From assembly GCA_964016885.1 (NCBI GenBank), contig OZ024740.1, positions 104,284,001 to 104,348,000 on the forward strand: a stretch of 64,000 bases of DNA. The letters are read 5' to 3'. Under the pieces are notes generated by a model. That model had not been told where the DNA came from and did not search any database. It saw nothing but the letters and a program-made list of their open reading frames with translations. The position numbers were made by a program, and so were the translations under genes. The DNA comes from Eledone cirrhosa (taxonomy: Eukaryota). Below, in pieces: positions 51,748 through 64,000 of this stretch; position 1 is the stretch's first letter; each line of letters begins with the position of its first letter.

Positions 51748-52418
51748 TGAACTAAGGGAGAAATTAGGAATTAGGAATAAGAGGAATCAGATGTTGTTTA
51801 CTCGAGAGAAGACTATATTGGTATGATCATGTGATGCGCATGAAAGACGACAGCTGTATAAAAAAGTGCAGGGCGATAAAAATAGACGGTAGCCACGGAG
51901 TAGGCAGACCCAGAAAAACCTGGGACGACTTGATAAATTCCGACCTCACACACTTACACCTCTCCAAGACAATGTCACTGGACCGAGATCTTTGGCGCTA
52001 CACAGTAATACAGAAGACCCGCCTTGCCTAAATACAAAGCGAAACCTACAGTTAGTAGGCACCTCTTAACAAAAATACACCCCCGTCCCACTACCCCCAC
52101 CCCATCCACACCACCCCTTTCTCTGTAAAGTTATGTTGGTACCACAACATCCAGTCCTAAATAAATGAGGTCGTGTAGGTGTCACAACAAAAAACACACA
52201 GTCCACGCTGTAATGTGACCATGTAGGTAACACCGTAAAAACCTCCCAGTCCACACTGTAAATGTGGTTGGTGTTAGGAAGGGTATCCAGCTGTAGAAAA
52301 CCCGCCAGACAGTCCTATACGAGCAAGACAACCAATCTTGCCTCAAGTGGGAAAATTCCCGTCCAAACCCATGCAAGCGTGGAAGATGGACGTGAAATGA
52401 TGATGATGATGATGATGA
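51748..52418 (+). mobile_element. RTE subfamily A, short 3' fragment (another UTR piece at 54853-55070, minus)
   Basis: ORF 51831..52031, 3'UTR and (GAT)n. Confidence 0.92.
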
Positions 52419-52428
52419 TAAACTCAAA

Positions 52429-53855
52429 TCTCTATATATATAAAACAGAAGATGTCTGTCTGTGTGTGTGTATGATTTTTATGCATTTCCACATTTCTCT
52501 ACCGATTTTGATGATTTTTTTTCCCAATGTGCTCCAAATTTACCAACGATGGTTAACGCGTAATAAACTTTGCCAAAAATTTCCTGCTTCTATGAAAAAA
52601 ATCGATAAAACTAAATACATGCTGTAACCCTTTCTCTTACATGCTTATTCATTCTCTCTACTACCCCAACAGCGACAAGAAAACTAAGCAACACATCATT
52701 TTATACAACAACAAACATAGTCATAATGCTTTCTTCGTCGCTCTTCCCTCTCTCTATAATAGATCATGCCCCCTTTCTATAATTTAACTGCTTTACTCTC
52801 TTCATGCTTTGAGGTTTCACACACCTCCCTATAGTTTCTTAGCTTTACTCTCTCCGTCGCTCTTAACTCTCTCTATAATAGATTATTCCCCCTCTCTATA
52901 ATTTAACTGCTTTATTCTCTCTGTCGCTCTTCACTCTCTATATGACAACACTGTTTTACCCACCTATCTATAGTTTCTTAGCTTTACTCTCTCCATCGCT
53001 CTTCCCTCTCTCTATAATAGATTATTCCTCCTCTCTATAATTTAACTGCTGGGGGAGTCATTGGAGTTCCGTATTGACATACGGCTTTTCTGGGGTATTT
53101 TAAATCGGCTTATTGCAAATAACAACCCGCAAAATAACACTTCATATAACAGATTAATGCTATAGACATATGAATCGGAATGTTTAAATTATTTATTTTT
53201 TACGACTTTCATTGGTTAAATATTAATATGATAACACCCATAGTGTTGTACTTCTGGTAAATCTGCCAAATACACTGCCAAGGATGAACCTTTACCCCTC
53301 GGCGTCAGATATCCCGTTCGATTTCTGGCGACCCCAATTCCCGATGAGACAATGTTTTGCCATGTCCATTAACAAGTCACAAGGGCAAACATTGTCGGTG
53401 GCGGACATCCATTTGGGGGAGCCATGCTTCTCCCATGGCCAACTTTATGCTGCCAGTTCTCGCGTAGGGAGCAGGAATGGACTTTTTGCTTACACTCCTC
53501 AAGGGATGACACACAATATCGTCTACAAAGAGGTGCTATAGATGTTGGTGCAGGTGTTGGAGCTATGCCGTCTGGAAAACTATTTCCTGGTAGGGTCAAC
53601 CATGGCGGACAGATCTGACACCCAGTGGCATCAGGGCCACGATCTTGCAACTTTGGTCTGCTAAATTCGCTATTGGAAGATTATTAACCCATCATTGATT
53701 GTCCAAAATGCTAATTAGTTCATAACTTTTAATAACCGGTTCAACTGCTTTATGCACTTAATTGATAAGCTTATTCGCTTTCAAGCCACGTTTACCTGTA
53801 TGTAACTTTTCATAGCAAATGAACAAACCCGAGCAATGCCGGGCTAAACTGCTAG
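52429..53855 (+). mobile_element. Non-autonomous Helitron with Pif1 helicase C-terminal remnant and an internal minisatellite
   Basis: 5' a|TCtctatatatataaaa; 3' hairpin cccgagca..tgccggg then CTAG|t. ORF 53284..53541 has FAMSINKSQGQTL..FSHGQLY..SRVG..NIVYKEVL. Confidence 0.88.
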
Positions 53856-55088
53856 TTCTAGATATACGATCTTGATAAGTCTGCTTTATTTATCGGATAA
53901 AGAAGTAACTACTTAATAAGTTTCTATAATTTTAATTATTTATAGTTATATACTTAATATTTTGCTATTCATTTTAATACCCAACCACCTGAAATCCTAC
54001 ATAGTTTTACAATTTAAAGTGTTTTTATTTATCTTTCCATCTTAATTTTATATAAGAAGCTTTAAGTTGTGTTCTAAACACCAAATAAATAATGAAAAGA
54101 TCAGTTATATAATTAAACTTTTTATTATTTTAAAAATTATTTGAAAATCACAGGCAGTATCTTTCATGAGAAGTATGATAATAAAAGGGTTAATACATTT
54201 TTCTTTTAATTTATGCATAAAGTCTGTCTACCAAATATTATTGCCAGTATCAGTAGAGTGTCGGACAACATGCTTTGCAACATAGAGTTACGGCCCTTTA
54301 CAGTCTGAGTTCAAATTCTGCTGAGGTTAGCTTTGCCTTTTATTGTTACGGGGTCGATAAAATAATGCACCAGTAATGCACTGAGGTCGATTTAATTGAC
54401 TTTTCCCTTCCCTAAAAAATTGTTGCCCTTATGCCTAAAATCAGAAACCATTATTTACCTTTTAAAGTGGATTGGCAGTATCGGTAGAGGGTCGGACGCC
54501 ATGCATAGTTACATCCCTTTCCGATCTGAGTTCAAATCCCGCCGAGGTTGACTTTGCCTTTCATCCTTACGGAGTCGATAAAATAAAGTACCAGTAATGT
54601 ACTGGGTAATTGCTGGCCTTGTGCCTAAAATAGAAACAATTATTTACCTTTTAAAGTGTACCATAAGCAAAATAAGTTTTGGGGTCACAGCCCTTGCTCA
54701 TTATAAACTTGTCTCATATATACATATATACAATGTGAGGGTCAGTTGAAAAGTTCAAAGGCTGACTATGAAGGACATTACTGCTGAAGTAGAATTTGAT
54801 TATTCAACAAAACAAATGTAACTGTACCTGCAACACTATGCTGTCTCATATCATCATTATCATCATCATCATCATCATCATCATCATCGTTTAACGTCCA
54901 TCTTCAATGCTTGCATGGGTTTGGACGGGAGTTTTCCCACTTGAGGCAAGATTGGTTGTCTTGCTCGTATAGGACTGTCTGGCGGGTTTTCTACGACTGG
55001 ATACCCTTCCTAACACCAACCACGTTTACAGTGTGGACTGGGAGGTTTTTACCGTGTTACCTACACGGCCATATATATATATATATAC

Positions 55089-55292
55089 AAGGGTCAGCTG
55101 AAAAGTCATAGGCTGACTATGAAGGAGTAATGCTAGGGCTGCGAATCTTGGATGCATTAATTTCAACTCTTTTTATTAATAATTGAATTGTTTATTTACA
55201 GGGACTATGTTGAAAAATAAAAAAAAATACCTCATTTGGTCATTCCAAGAAAGAATCTTGGTCAGCCTATGAACTTTTCAGCTGATCCTCAG
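55089..55292. mobile_element. Mariner-type MITE (degenerate copies at about 34360-34545 and 54735-54780)
   Basis: TIRs agggtcagctgaaaagtcataggctgac / gtcagcctatgaacttttcagctgatcct. Confidence 0.75.
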
Positions 55293-56743
55293 ATGTGAAT
55301 GAATGTATTCATGTATATATATATAGCATCATTATCATTTTATGTCTATGTTTTTGATGATAGCATGGGATTGATGGGTCTGTTCAGCACAATGCTTTGA
55401 TGCTTGTATTGTGTATCTCATGTGTAGTATCATCACTGTCATCATCATCTTTGTTAATTTTATACCTGCTTTTCCATGCTTTCATTGGTTGGATAGATCC
55501 TCTCCAAAACAACATTTTACCATTTGTTACATTATTTTGTCATCTCCTTTGGGAGCTTTGGTATTCTGAGATCAGCTTTCATCACTTCTGACACTGTTTT
55601 CTTTCACCTCTCTCTTTCATGAAATTCCTAGCACAGTTTTCTCTCTTGCATGCAACATTCAACTGCTCTTAAACCTTGTTTTTTTTCTGTCACCTCATCT
55701 ATGCTTCATTATTCATCATGCACACTACCATTACACATCCAGGAAGTTCTTCCATGACTGGATTCCTTTGATTATGCCATCATACACTTAGTAATAAAGA
55801 AAAGAAGACTCTGATTCCATCAGGAAGGCGACCTTGATCAATATGTTAAAAGGTGTAAATGGGAACTCTATACAATGTACACAATGTAAAATATTGGTAC
55901 ACCAGAGGTTAACCAAAACAGTAAATTTTGAATGAATCAGAAGCACAAAGATAGTTGGTAGAAAGATCATCTGTGAAATAGACTCTTTCCAATTTCAAAA
56001 GTGTTTCATAGAAATAGTTAATAATTTCTGTTACCTGGGTAACTTAATTAGCAGTGGAGTAAGTTGTTCTGAAAAGTATAGTAGCTAAAATAGGAAGAGA
56101 ATGGAAAAAGTTCAGAGAGCTATTACTTCTGTTGACAACAAAAGGAATTTTTTTTCCGAGTGAAGGGTAGTGATGTCTGCAGGTGAAGTGTGAAGCGAGA
56201 TATGCAAAGAAAGAAATGAAATGAGCATGTTCCATTGGAAGTGTAATGGTAATATGCATGAACAATGAAGCATAGGTGAGCTGAGAGAAAGCTTGGATAT
56301 AAAAGGAATCAGATACAGTGTATGGACCTGTCCAGTGTTTGGACCTGTCCAACCTACACAAGCATGGGAAAATGGAGATAAAATGTTGATGATGATGAAT
56401 GTTGTTATTATTCATATATGTATATAACATATGTATATACCATATGCAAAGCTCTACTCCATATAGTGAACACCATGCCTTAAATTGTGATTCTTTCCTT
56501 TCCAAACTGGAACATTAACAACAATTATAATACATGTATGTATGTATATATGTATGTATGTATGTATGTATTTATTTATATATGTACACTATTCATTTCA
56601 TATAAAAATGACTTCTATAGAATGTGAACTGTTTAATTCATTTGAAATCACCAGGAAACTACCTTCTCTATCAATGTATAGAGTATCTTATTTTATCGGC
56701 ATTTTTCCCCCGTTCCTCTTTAGAAAAACAATCTTAATCATAT

Positions 56744-56812
<69 letters not shown>

Positions 56813-57099
56813 CACATGCATACACACACACATGCATGCACACACATTCATCCACAGATATACACACAGATATATATATATTCACACTGACATATACATT
56901 GGCATATGTTAGGTTTACATTATTTATCAAGTGTTTAAAATTTATGCTTCGGCACACACTGATTGTACCAATATGTTACGAGAAAAATGAAGCAGAAAAA
57001 GAATCAGACCAATTACAAAATATTTATGTAAAAGGCTATGATATAATATGCATGAGTATATATATGCATATATGTTAGTGTATATATAGTATATATATA

Positions 57100-57941
57100 C
57101 AGGGTGCGGACGACATTTGTTCGAAAGATTACTGTCTAGGAAAAAATAACACAGTAATTTTATTTTTTAAAATTTATTTATCAAACTTGGGTGAGTTTGT
57201 CTTCATGACTTGTTCTTTCGATCCCACTCGATAAACCCGCCATTGGCTTTGATAGCAGCTTCAAGGTGGCTTCGGAACCGGCTACAGGCCTTCATCACTG
57301 TCCCCCGACTTAGGCCCCTAAAGGTACTTGTGATCCTGGCCTTCAGATCATCTTTCGTATTGCAGCTAGATCTGTTGGTGTCTCGTTCCACTGCGCCCCA
57401 CACAAAGAAGTCGAGGGGGTTGCAGTCAGGCGAACTGAGAGGCCAGATGTTAGGTGAAGTGTGGTCGACGAAGTTCTCTGACAGCCAGGCTTGGGTCTTT
57501 CGGCTGGTATGGCAGGGCGCTGAATCTTGCTGTCACACGTACGGCCTACCTGCAGCTACCTGGTCGATCCAGGGCTTTACTACCTCGCTCAGAATGCGGA
57601 TGTAGCCATCGGTGTTCAGCTTGAGGCCCTCAGGGGAGAAGTGAGGTGGCATGACGTCACCTTGACTGCTGACGACACCTAAGACCAATGTTATCGCTGG
57701 AAACTTTGTCTGCATGACTCTGGGAACGTCTTTGGATTAGACAGCAAGCCACCTGTTGTTCTGGGAGTTGATCTTCTGGTCTTATTTGTTCTCCCGGTTC
57801 AAAATTATTCATAATCAATTATTCTGAAAATAAATAATGGAAATATAGTCACTGTTTTTATAAAGACAAGAGTGACAATGGAAGTAAAAAAATTTGCATA
57901 AAATTAGCAGTTGAAAATTGCGAACAAATATCGTCCGCACC

Positions 57942-57944
<3 letters not shown>
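57100..57944 (-). mobile_element. Internally deleted Tc1/mariner of the DD37D (maT) family in (TA)n
   Basis: TIRs cagggtgcggacgacatttgttcg / cgaacaaatatcgtccgcaccctg with TA flanks. Minus frame reads QQDSAPCH...WPLSSPDCNPLDFFVW, 37 residues between the two Asp. Confidence 0.9.
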
Positions 57945-58021
<77 letters not shown>

Positions 58022-58159
58022 TAGAATTGGTGCTCTGAAATAGCTATATATATATGAATGTATATATAGTGTATTTTGCAATACACTGTATGCTTAATTA
58101 AAAGCATTTAGACGACCTTATGCTATTGTTTTAGAGTAGTGACAGTCTCACTTACTTTA

Positions 58160-58253
58160 ATTTCAGCAAACAGGGGGAGATAAAGCTGACAAGGCCTTGT
58201 TTCGCATTTATTGATGCTTATCAAAGCCAACTACTCCTCCTGTTTGCTGAAAT
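58160..58253 (-). ncRNA. Type I hammerhead ribozyme, U3-A8 core variant
   Basis: Reverse complement of 58372-58465. Confidence 0.78.
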
Positions 58254-58371
58254 CATGGATGTTTGGTTCTTATAGAATTCTAGTAAATAATCAGGAACTG
58301 ATTATACAGAGCGGTTGCCAGTCAAGCAGAAATTGAAAATTAGAATTGGTGCTCTGAACCAAACATCCATG

Positions 58372-58465
58372 ATTTCAGCAAACAGGAGGAGTAGTTGGCT
58401 TTGATAAGCATCAATAAATGCGAAACAAGGCCTTGTCAGCTTTATCTCCCCCTGTTTGCTGAAAT
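58372..58465 (+). ncRNA. Type I hammerhead ribozyme, U3-A8 core variant
   Basis: atttcagcaaacagg..gct TTGATAA gcat caataa atgc GAAA caaggccttg TC agc..cctgtttgctgaaat. Confidence 0.78.
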
Positions 58466-58578
58466 TAAAGTAAGTGAGTCTGTCACTACTCTAAAACAAT
58501 AGCATAAGATCTTCGAAATGCTTTTAATTAAGCATACAGTGTATTGCAAAATACACTATATATACATTCATATATACA

Positions 58579-58639
<61 letters not shown>

Positions 58640-58791
58640 TCTGCGGTGCTGAGACTGAAGAGACCAATAATCATGGGAGAACTCAATGCATGGGGAGATA
58701 CAGAGTGGGTATAGAGATATATAAAGTCTTGGCTGCAGCGCCAAGCGGGGGGATGATTTTGTATTTCTCTCTCTTTCTCTCTCTCTCTCTC

Positions 58792-58837
<46 letters not shown>

Positions 58838-59204
58838 GGAGGTGAGTTTTATAATTCTTTTTTCTTCATGCATAAACCTCATTAACTTTTAATTTCAAAA
58901 TCTTTTAAATTAAATTATCTATTATCTTCCAACGGTTTTTTTATTTCTCTCTGTGAGACAATGTTTTCTCCGTTGTAAAGGCTATTTCTCTCTATCACTC
59001 ATTTCTCCTCCTCTCTCATCCTTCCTTCTTATACTCCTCCCCCACCATCCTTTATTTTTCTTTCTTCCTCTTCCTTACCTTTTCCTAACCCCTTCCCCCT
59101 TCATTTTTTCCCAATCTCATATATCCATCTTAGTTTATTTTTCATATGTTGATTTAAAACTTCACTGCTCACAAATGTTTTTTAAGCTTCATATCATGTC
59201 TCCC

Positions 59205-59275
59205 TATTTTATCTGATGAGAACGCAGATATCATCCCATGATGATATTTGTTTTTAAAATGCGCATAATAAAATA
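59205..59275 (+). ncRNA. Type I hammerhead ribozyme with G12A (decayed)
   Basis: tattttat CTGATGA gaacgcagatatcatc ccat gatgatatttgttttt AAAA tgcgca TA ataaaata. Confidence 0.72.
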
Positions 59276-59370
59276 CTTTAACCATCTTTTGATCTTATAT
59301 TATATATATATATATATATATATTATAAAGAAAACGAAAAATCAGTGATGCATCTGGACTTAATTTATTG

Positions 59371-59461
59371 CGTGTTACAATTGTTTCTCCGGCAGGTAGC
59401 TTGAGACGTGGTCCTTGTATGGATCTGGCTGATTCTACTTCTGAAGGTTCATTCAGACACG
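59371..59461 (-). ncRNA. Degenerate hammerhead-like motif with one extra core nucleotide
   Basis: cgtgt CTGAATGA [long imperfect stem II] GAAA caattg TA acacg caataaa. Confidence 0.5.
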
Positions 59462-59599
59462 AGTATTTCGTTAGGAGCAAATTGTATCACTATGGAAGCA
59501 CCTTAGCTACCATTATATACAACTATATATATACATATATATATATATGTATATATATATATATGATGATGATGATACATACATATATTTATATATATA

Positions 59600-61000
59600 T
59601 ATAGTACTTAAAAAAAGGAAGTTTGTATGTTGACCGCTAATAACACTAAATAAAATTGATAATAATTAAGGTTTTTCTTGTGTTTTCAACTAATCTGACC
59701 TCCAACATGATCGCTAGCAACTTATTTTCTGAAAATGGAATATGGGATCTATGTAGGGGAGAATTTACTGGTACTGTACGTCCAACATGCTATCTATATA
59801 TAGAGGGAAATACTACTTCACTTCTCTCAAACTAAAACTTTTGTTGGTGTTTTCTTTTGTTGTCGGCCAATCTGACATCTGACTAACTCACCAATGACTC
59901 CTTTTTCCAAAAAACAGAGGTGGGGAGGGAATGGGACATTTGGAGTTACATATAAGCACATCTCAGCCGCTTGAATTTATAGAAAAGCAATTGCCTTCTT
60001 TTCCGAAAACGTTATTGGGGGGGAGACCCTCGGATTTTCCCAACCTCAGAAATTTCTTCAGTTAAATTTATAGTAAAGCAATCCCTTGATACTGAAGGAT
60101 GTTTTGATCCTTCATCATTTTCTACTTTAGTGGAAGGCCTTGTAAACTTAATTAATCAAGTGTTCCCCAATTTTGAAATCCACCATTCCAACGAGGTTTG
60201 GCTGTGTGTAAGAGCAATCCTTACCCCACAAAACGTCACAATGAATGCCATCAACAAAAATTTCTCCAAAATGATCCTTGGAGTTAACCAGACCTATAAA
60301 TATATTGACAAAATTGTTGACGAGGGTAAAGCTGTTTATTATCCCGTTGAATTTCTCAACAGTTTGGAACCTTCCGGTATGCTGTCACTGAAGAAGTGCA
60401 CAGCCATCATGCTTCTCAGAAGCCAGGATCAACCATCATTGTGCAATGAGATGCATATGGTTGTGACTGAGCTATAGCCTCACATTATCAAAACTAAAAC
60501 CCTCACTGGATGTGGTAAGAAGGACATCGTATTTATACCTAGAATACTGCTAATACCAACAGATGTCCCTTTTCATTTCAAACAATTGCAATTCTCAGAG
60601 TGAGACCATTAGTAACTCCCATGGTCAAACACTGCAGGTTGTCAGTCTCCTTCTAGAAGGGGCTGATTCTCCCATGGTCAATTGTATGTAGGTTATTCCA
60701 GAGTAGGAACACCCCACAAACTCATCATATATGCCCCCAAAGAAAAAAAGTTAAAAGCATTGGATATACTGAAGTTCTGTAAATGTTTCATAATTTTCAT
60801 AGAATACATTTTTCTATTATTTTCTTTATTATTTCTGTATTTAGATATTCTAAATACATTTTAAAAATCGTTATACAATATTTAAATACCTTTTAGCATA
60901 TTATTTTAAGGAAAATGGTCATTACGATGGATTCCAAAAGGTGCCTTATGAATAGATTTGAGTGCAGTACAGACCAGAGCAAAGTCTGGAAGGCTGCTAG
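59600..61000 (+). mobile_element. Degenerate Helitron with helicase remnant (5' end approximate)
   Basis: RAILTPQN..YPVEFLNSLEPSG..IMLLR (60130..60477), FIPRI, HGQLYVGYSRVG. 3' hairpin ccaga..tctgg then CTAG|t at 60997-61000. Confidence 0.8.
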
Positions 61001-62109
61001 TATCTATATCATTGTTTTATGTCCACACTGGAGTTGGTTAGATGGGTTGTCATGTTCTAATGACCACATCTTACTCATATGTTTCAGTTTGGTATCATTC
61101 TAAATTGGATGCTCTTCCTAAAGTCAACCATTCTACAGTGTGTAGTGGGTGCATTTTAAAGTGAACCCAGCACTACCTCTTTACAGAGTGGACTGAGTGC
61201 TTTTTATTGTGACACCAACGTCAGTGATAAATGATATTGATATTGAAAAAAAAAAATCTTTATACAGTGAGGATGAAACGTTTTCTTATCATTGACAAAC
61301 TTTATAATAGTTCCAAGTATGTGCTTTTTCCAAGATTCAAATCACACTGTAAATCTACATCATTAATCCAATAACAATATATAAATGACATATAAATTAT
61401 TCAGAACTATTGACATAGTGGATACAATGAAGAAACTAATGAGAAACCAGAACTACACTACTAATAGCTAATACTTTCCAGACCATGAAGATCCAGTACT
61501 GGTTTTTGGTTTCTATAGCACTAAGTAGACAAGAAATAAATCTTCAACTAAGAATTATCACAAGAGAAACAGAACTTAGCACTGTAAGCCAATAAACTAC
61601 AATGTTACCATAACAAGCTATAACATCTAAACCTAGTTAAAGCAAGATGGACTTAGCTATTTAGATTTAAACATCTTAGCCTATGAGATTGACTGTTAAT
61701 GCTCTGATGTTGCACTATATAAGCATTAATAGTGCATAAACAGCTTAACTCTTTGATGGCTTTCTAACTATCCACTCTTTTCAAAGTATAGCTGAATGAT
61801 TAATTCAAAGAACAACCAAGAATTTAAAAAATAACATCACCCAACCCAGCCATAGACAATTTGCCAAGGGCCAAGAGGACGCTTCAGTTATGCCAAAGAC
61901 ATGACAACCTCCATAAGGCTGGTGGTATGAGAAAACACACCCAGTACCCTCTGTAAAGTGGAAAAATGTATGTATGTGAGATATGGTTGCTGACCCATTT
62001 TAGAGGACATTTACAATAAAGTGCTGACTTTGTGATAACCCTTGCTAGCAGCGAAACCAGACTTTAAATGTTGATGATGATTATATATATGCATACACAC
62101 ACACATATA

Positions 62110-62185
<76 letters not shown>

Positions 62186-62357
62186 TACACACACATATAT
62201 ATGTGTATGTATATATATATATATATATACATACTGTAAATATTGATTCAATTCAATTCAAGCACTCAACATACTTCTTCCACATAGGAATGACAGAGTA
62301 TATTTAGAATAAGAAAATGCGAAGTAGTTTCAGATGTTAAAGTCCTTTATTGATAAG

Positions 62358-62433
62358 GCTGTGATACATATTTCGATGACGACAGTGGCCACCCCAAATC
62401 CGCATACCCAATGCCATGATCTCATCAGACAGC
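62358..62433 (-). ncRNA. Type I hammerhead ribozyme with intact core
   Basis: gctgt CTGATGA gatcatggca...tgtcgtcatc GAAA tatgta TC acagc, with aataaa 6 nt later. Confidence 0.8.
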
Positions 62434-62542
62434 TTCTTACATGATAAGGTTACATTCCAGAGGCAATCTAAATTGAAACAACAAGGGAACTGACAAAGAT
62501 GATGTTCTCGAAGCCTTCGCCTGTTTATATATATATATATAT

Positions 62543-62845
62543 GTTGTTTCCTTGAGCAAGACACTTTATTTCACATTGCTCCAGTTTAGTCAGCTGTAGA
62601 AATGAGATGATAGGGACTGGGGTCCCTATCATTCCACTGCAAAGTGGTCGTGGAGGCGCCACGGCAAAAAAGCACCCAGCCCACACTGTAAAATGGTCGT
62701 GTAGGCGCCACAGAAAAAAGCACCCAGCACTCACTGTAAATGAGGTTGGTGTTAGGAAGGGCATCCAGCTGTAGAAATCAAGCCAGAATCAGTTCCCGTC
62801 CCACCCTTGCAAGCAGGGAAAAAGCGGACGTAAAATGAAAAAAAA
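62543..62845 (+). mobile_element. 5'-truncated SINE with CORE-like segment and RTE-B-like tail
   Basis: ttgagcaagacactttatttcac, then a hairpin, then cacccagcccacactgtaaa repeats and ggaagggcatccagctgtagaaa. Confidence 0.78.
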
Positions 62846-62884
62846 AATATATCTATATATATATATATACTATGTACATATGTG

Positions 62885-62920
<36 letters not shown>

Positions 62921-62957
62921 TATATACACATATGTATATATCCATATGTATATTGCG

Positions 62958-64000
62958 TAAACAGCAATAACACTAACCATGTTAGGGCTGCGCACAGTAG
63001 TGTGGTCGCCGGTGCGGCCATGTGCGAGAAGCCCCCGACTGTCATCAAGCAATCCCATAAAAACAACTGCATAAACAGCAATAACACTAACCATGTTAGG
63101 GCTGCGCATGGTAGTCGGGTGGCTGGTGCGGCCATGTGCGAGATCCCCACCACCATCATCAAGCAATCGCACAACAGGAAAAAGAACGAGACGTCGCATA
63201 TCAGAGATGCCACACTTAATGTTGGCACTCTAACAGGTAGATCTGGTGAGATAGCGGAGATGCTGGAGAGAAGGCATGTGGATGTATGCTGCATGCAAGA
63301 GGTGAGATGGAGAGGTGCCTCTGCAAGACTAATCGCAGGCAAACATCGTAGTTATAAACTTTTCTGGGTGGGTAATGATGATGGGTTAGGTGGGGTGGGC
63401 ATATTTCTGGCTGAGAGATAGATCAATAAGACAATAGAGGTAGTTCGAGTTAGTAATAGAATAATTAAGCTTAGATTAGTTGTAGGCAAGAGGCTACTGA
63501 CAATCATCTCTTCCTATGCTCCCCAGGCAGGCCTAGGTAAAGAAGAGAAAGACTGCTTTTACAAGCAACTTTTACAAACAGCCTCAATGACAGAGGACAG
63601 AGACATCGTTATGCTAGCAGGGGACTTCAATGGACATGTTGGAGAGCTCCAGGATGGATATACTGGGGTACATGGTGGGCATGGTTACGGCTCAAGAAAT
63701 TAAGAAGGAGTGAGGCTTCTTGAATTTTGTGATGCAAATGCACTAACTATTTGCAACACTAACTTCCAGAAGCCTACCAACCACCTAATAGCCTACAAAT
63801 CAGGCGAGCACATAAACCAGATTGACTTCCTGCTAGTTAGACGGTGAGACAGACATGGTGTCAAATACTAAGGCATATCCTGGGGAAGAATGTACCCCAC
63901 AGCATAGGTTAGTCATTAGTGACATCTCAGTAAGCATGAGAAAGAATGAGACATACAGGAAAGTGTGGAAAAGAAAGGTCTGGAAGCTAAAAGACCTTTC
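62958..64000 (+). mobile_element. RTE LINE, third subfamily, 5' APE region with stops, running off the window
   Basis: ATLNVGTLTGR..DVCCMQEVRWRG..FWVGNDDGLGGVGI, SYAPQ, AGDFNGHVG. Confidence 0.9.

Larger units (their letters stand above)
58017..58580. mobile_element. Inverted pair of ~220-bp pseudo-LTR-like repeats (about 58048-58269 and 58356-58575) between (TA)n arrays
   Basis: Near-perfect inverted repeat; each arm has an HHR. The 23-bp aaaattagaattggtgctctgaa is directly duplicated at 58017 and about 58337. Confidence 0.85.

Noticed and set aside
61268-61316. Possible plus-strand micro-exon (also weak acceptors near 6590 and 25555, minus strand)
   Set aside because: Splice-like dinucleotides only; too short to distinguish from chance in AT-rich DNA.

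Overview
Repeat-saturated, AT-rich animal genomic DNA, most likely octopus (inferred from RTE 3' tails ending in (GAT)n, cephalopod-type tRNA SINEs and extreme (TA)n/(TG)n density). There is no complete host gene; one minus-strand candidate exon lies at 40481-40593. The window holds at least three RTE LINE subfamilies (two of them show a PHD-like C4HC3 finger inside the RT), a young 5'-truncated Penelope-like element (RT plus GIY-YIG, 357-bp inverted pseudo-LTRs), R4/Dong and Tx1 fragments, two Helitrons, a DD37D mariner derivative, MITEs and SINEs. The main hidden signal is about 11 type I hammerhead ribozyme (HHR) motifs with mostly unrelated flanking sequence. They sit in short non-coding cassettes beside (TA)n arrays, often with a fold-back at the 5' end and AATAAA just after the cleavage site. 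They include a U3-A8 compensatory-core variant present as an inverted pair, one with a 116-nt stem II, and one split by an RTE insertion. All folds and alignments were done by eye and none was computed.
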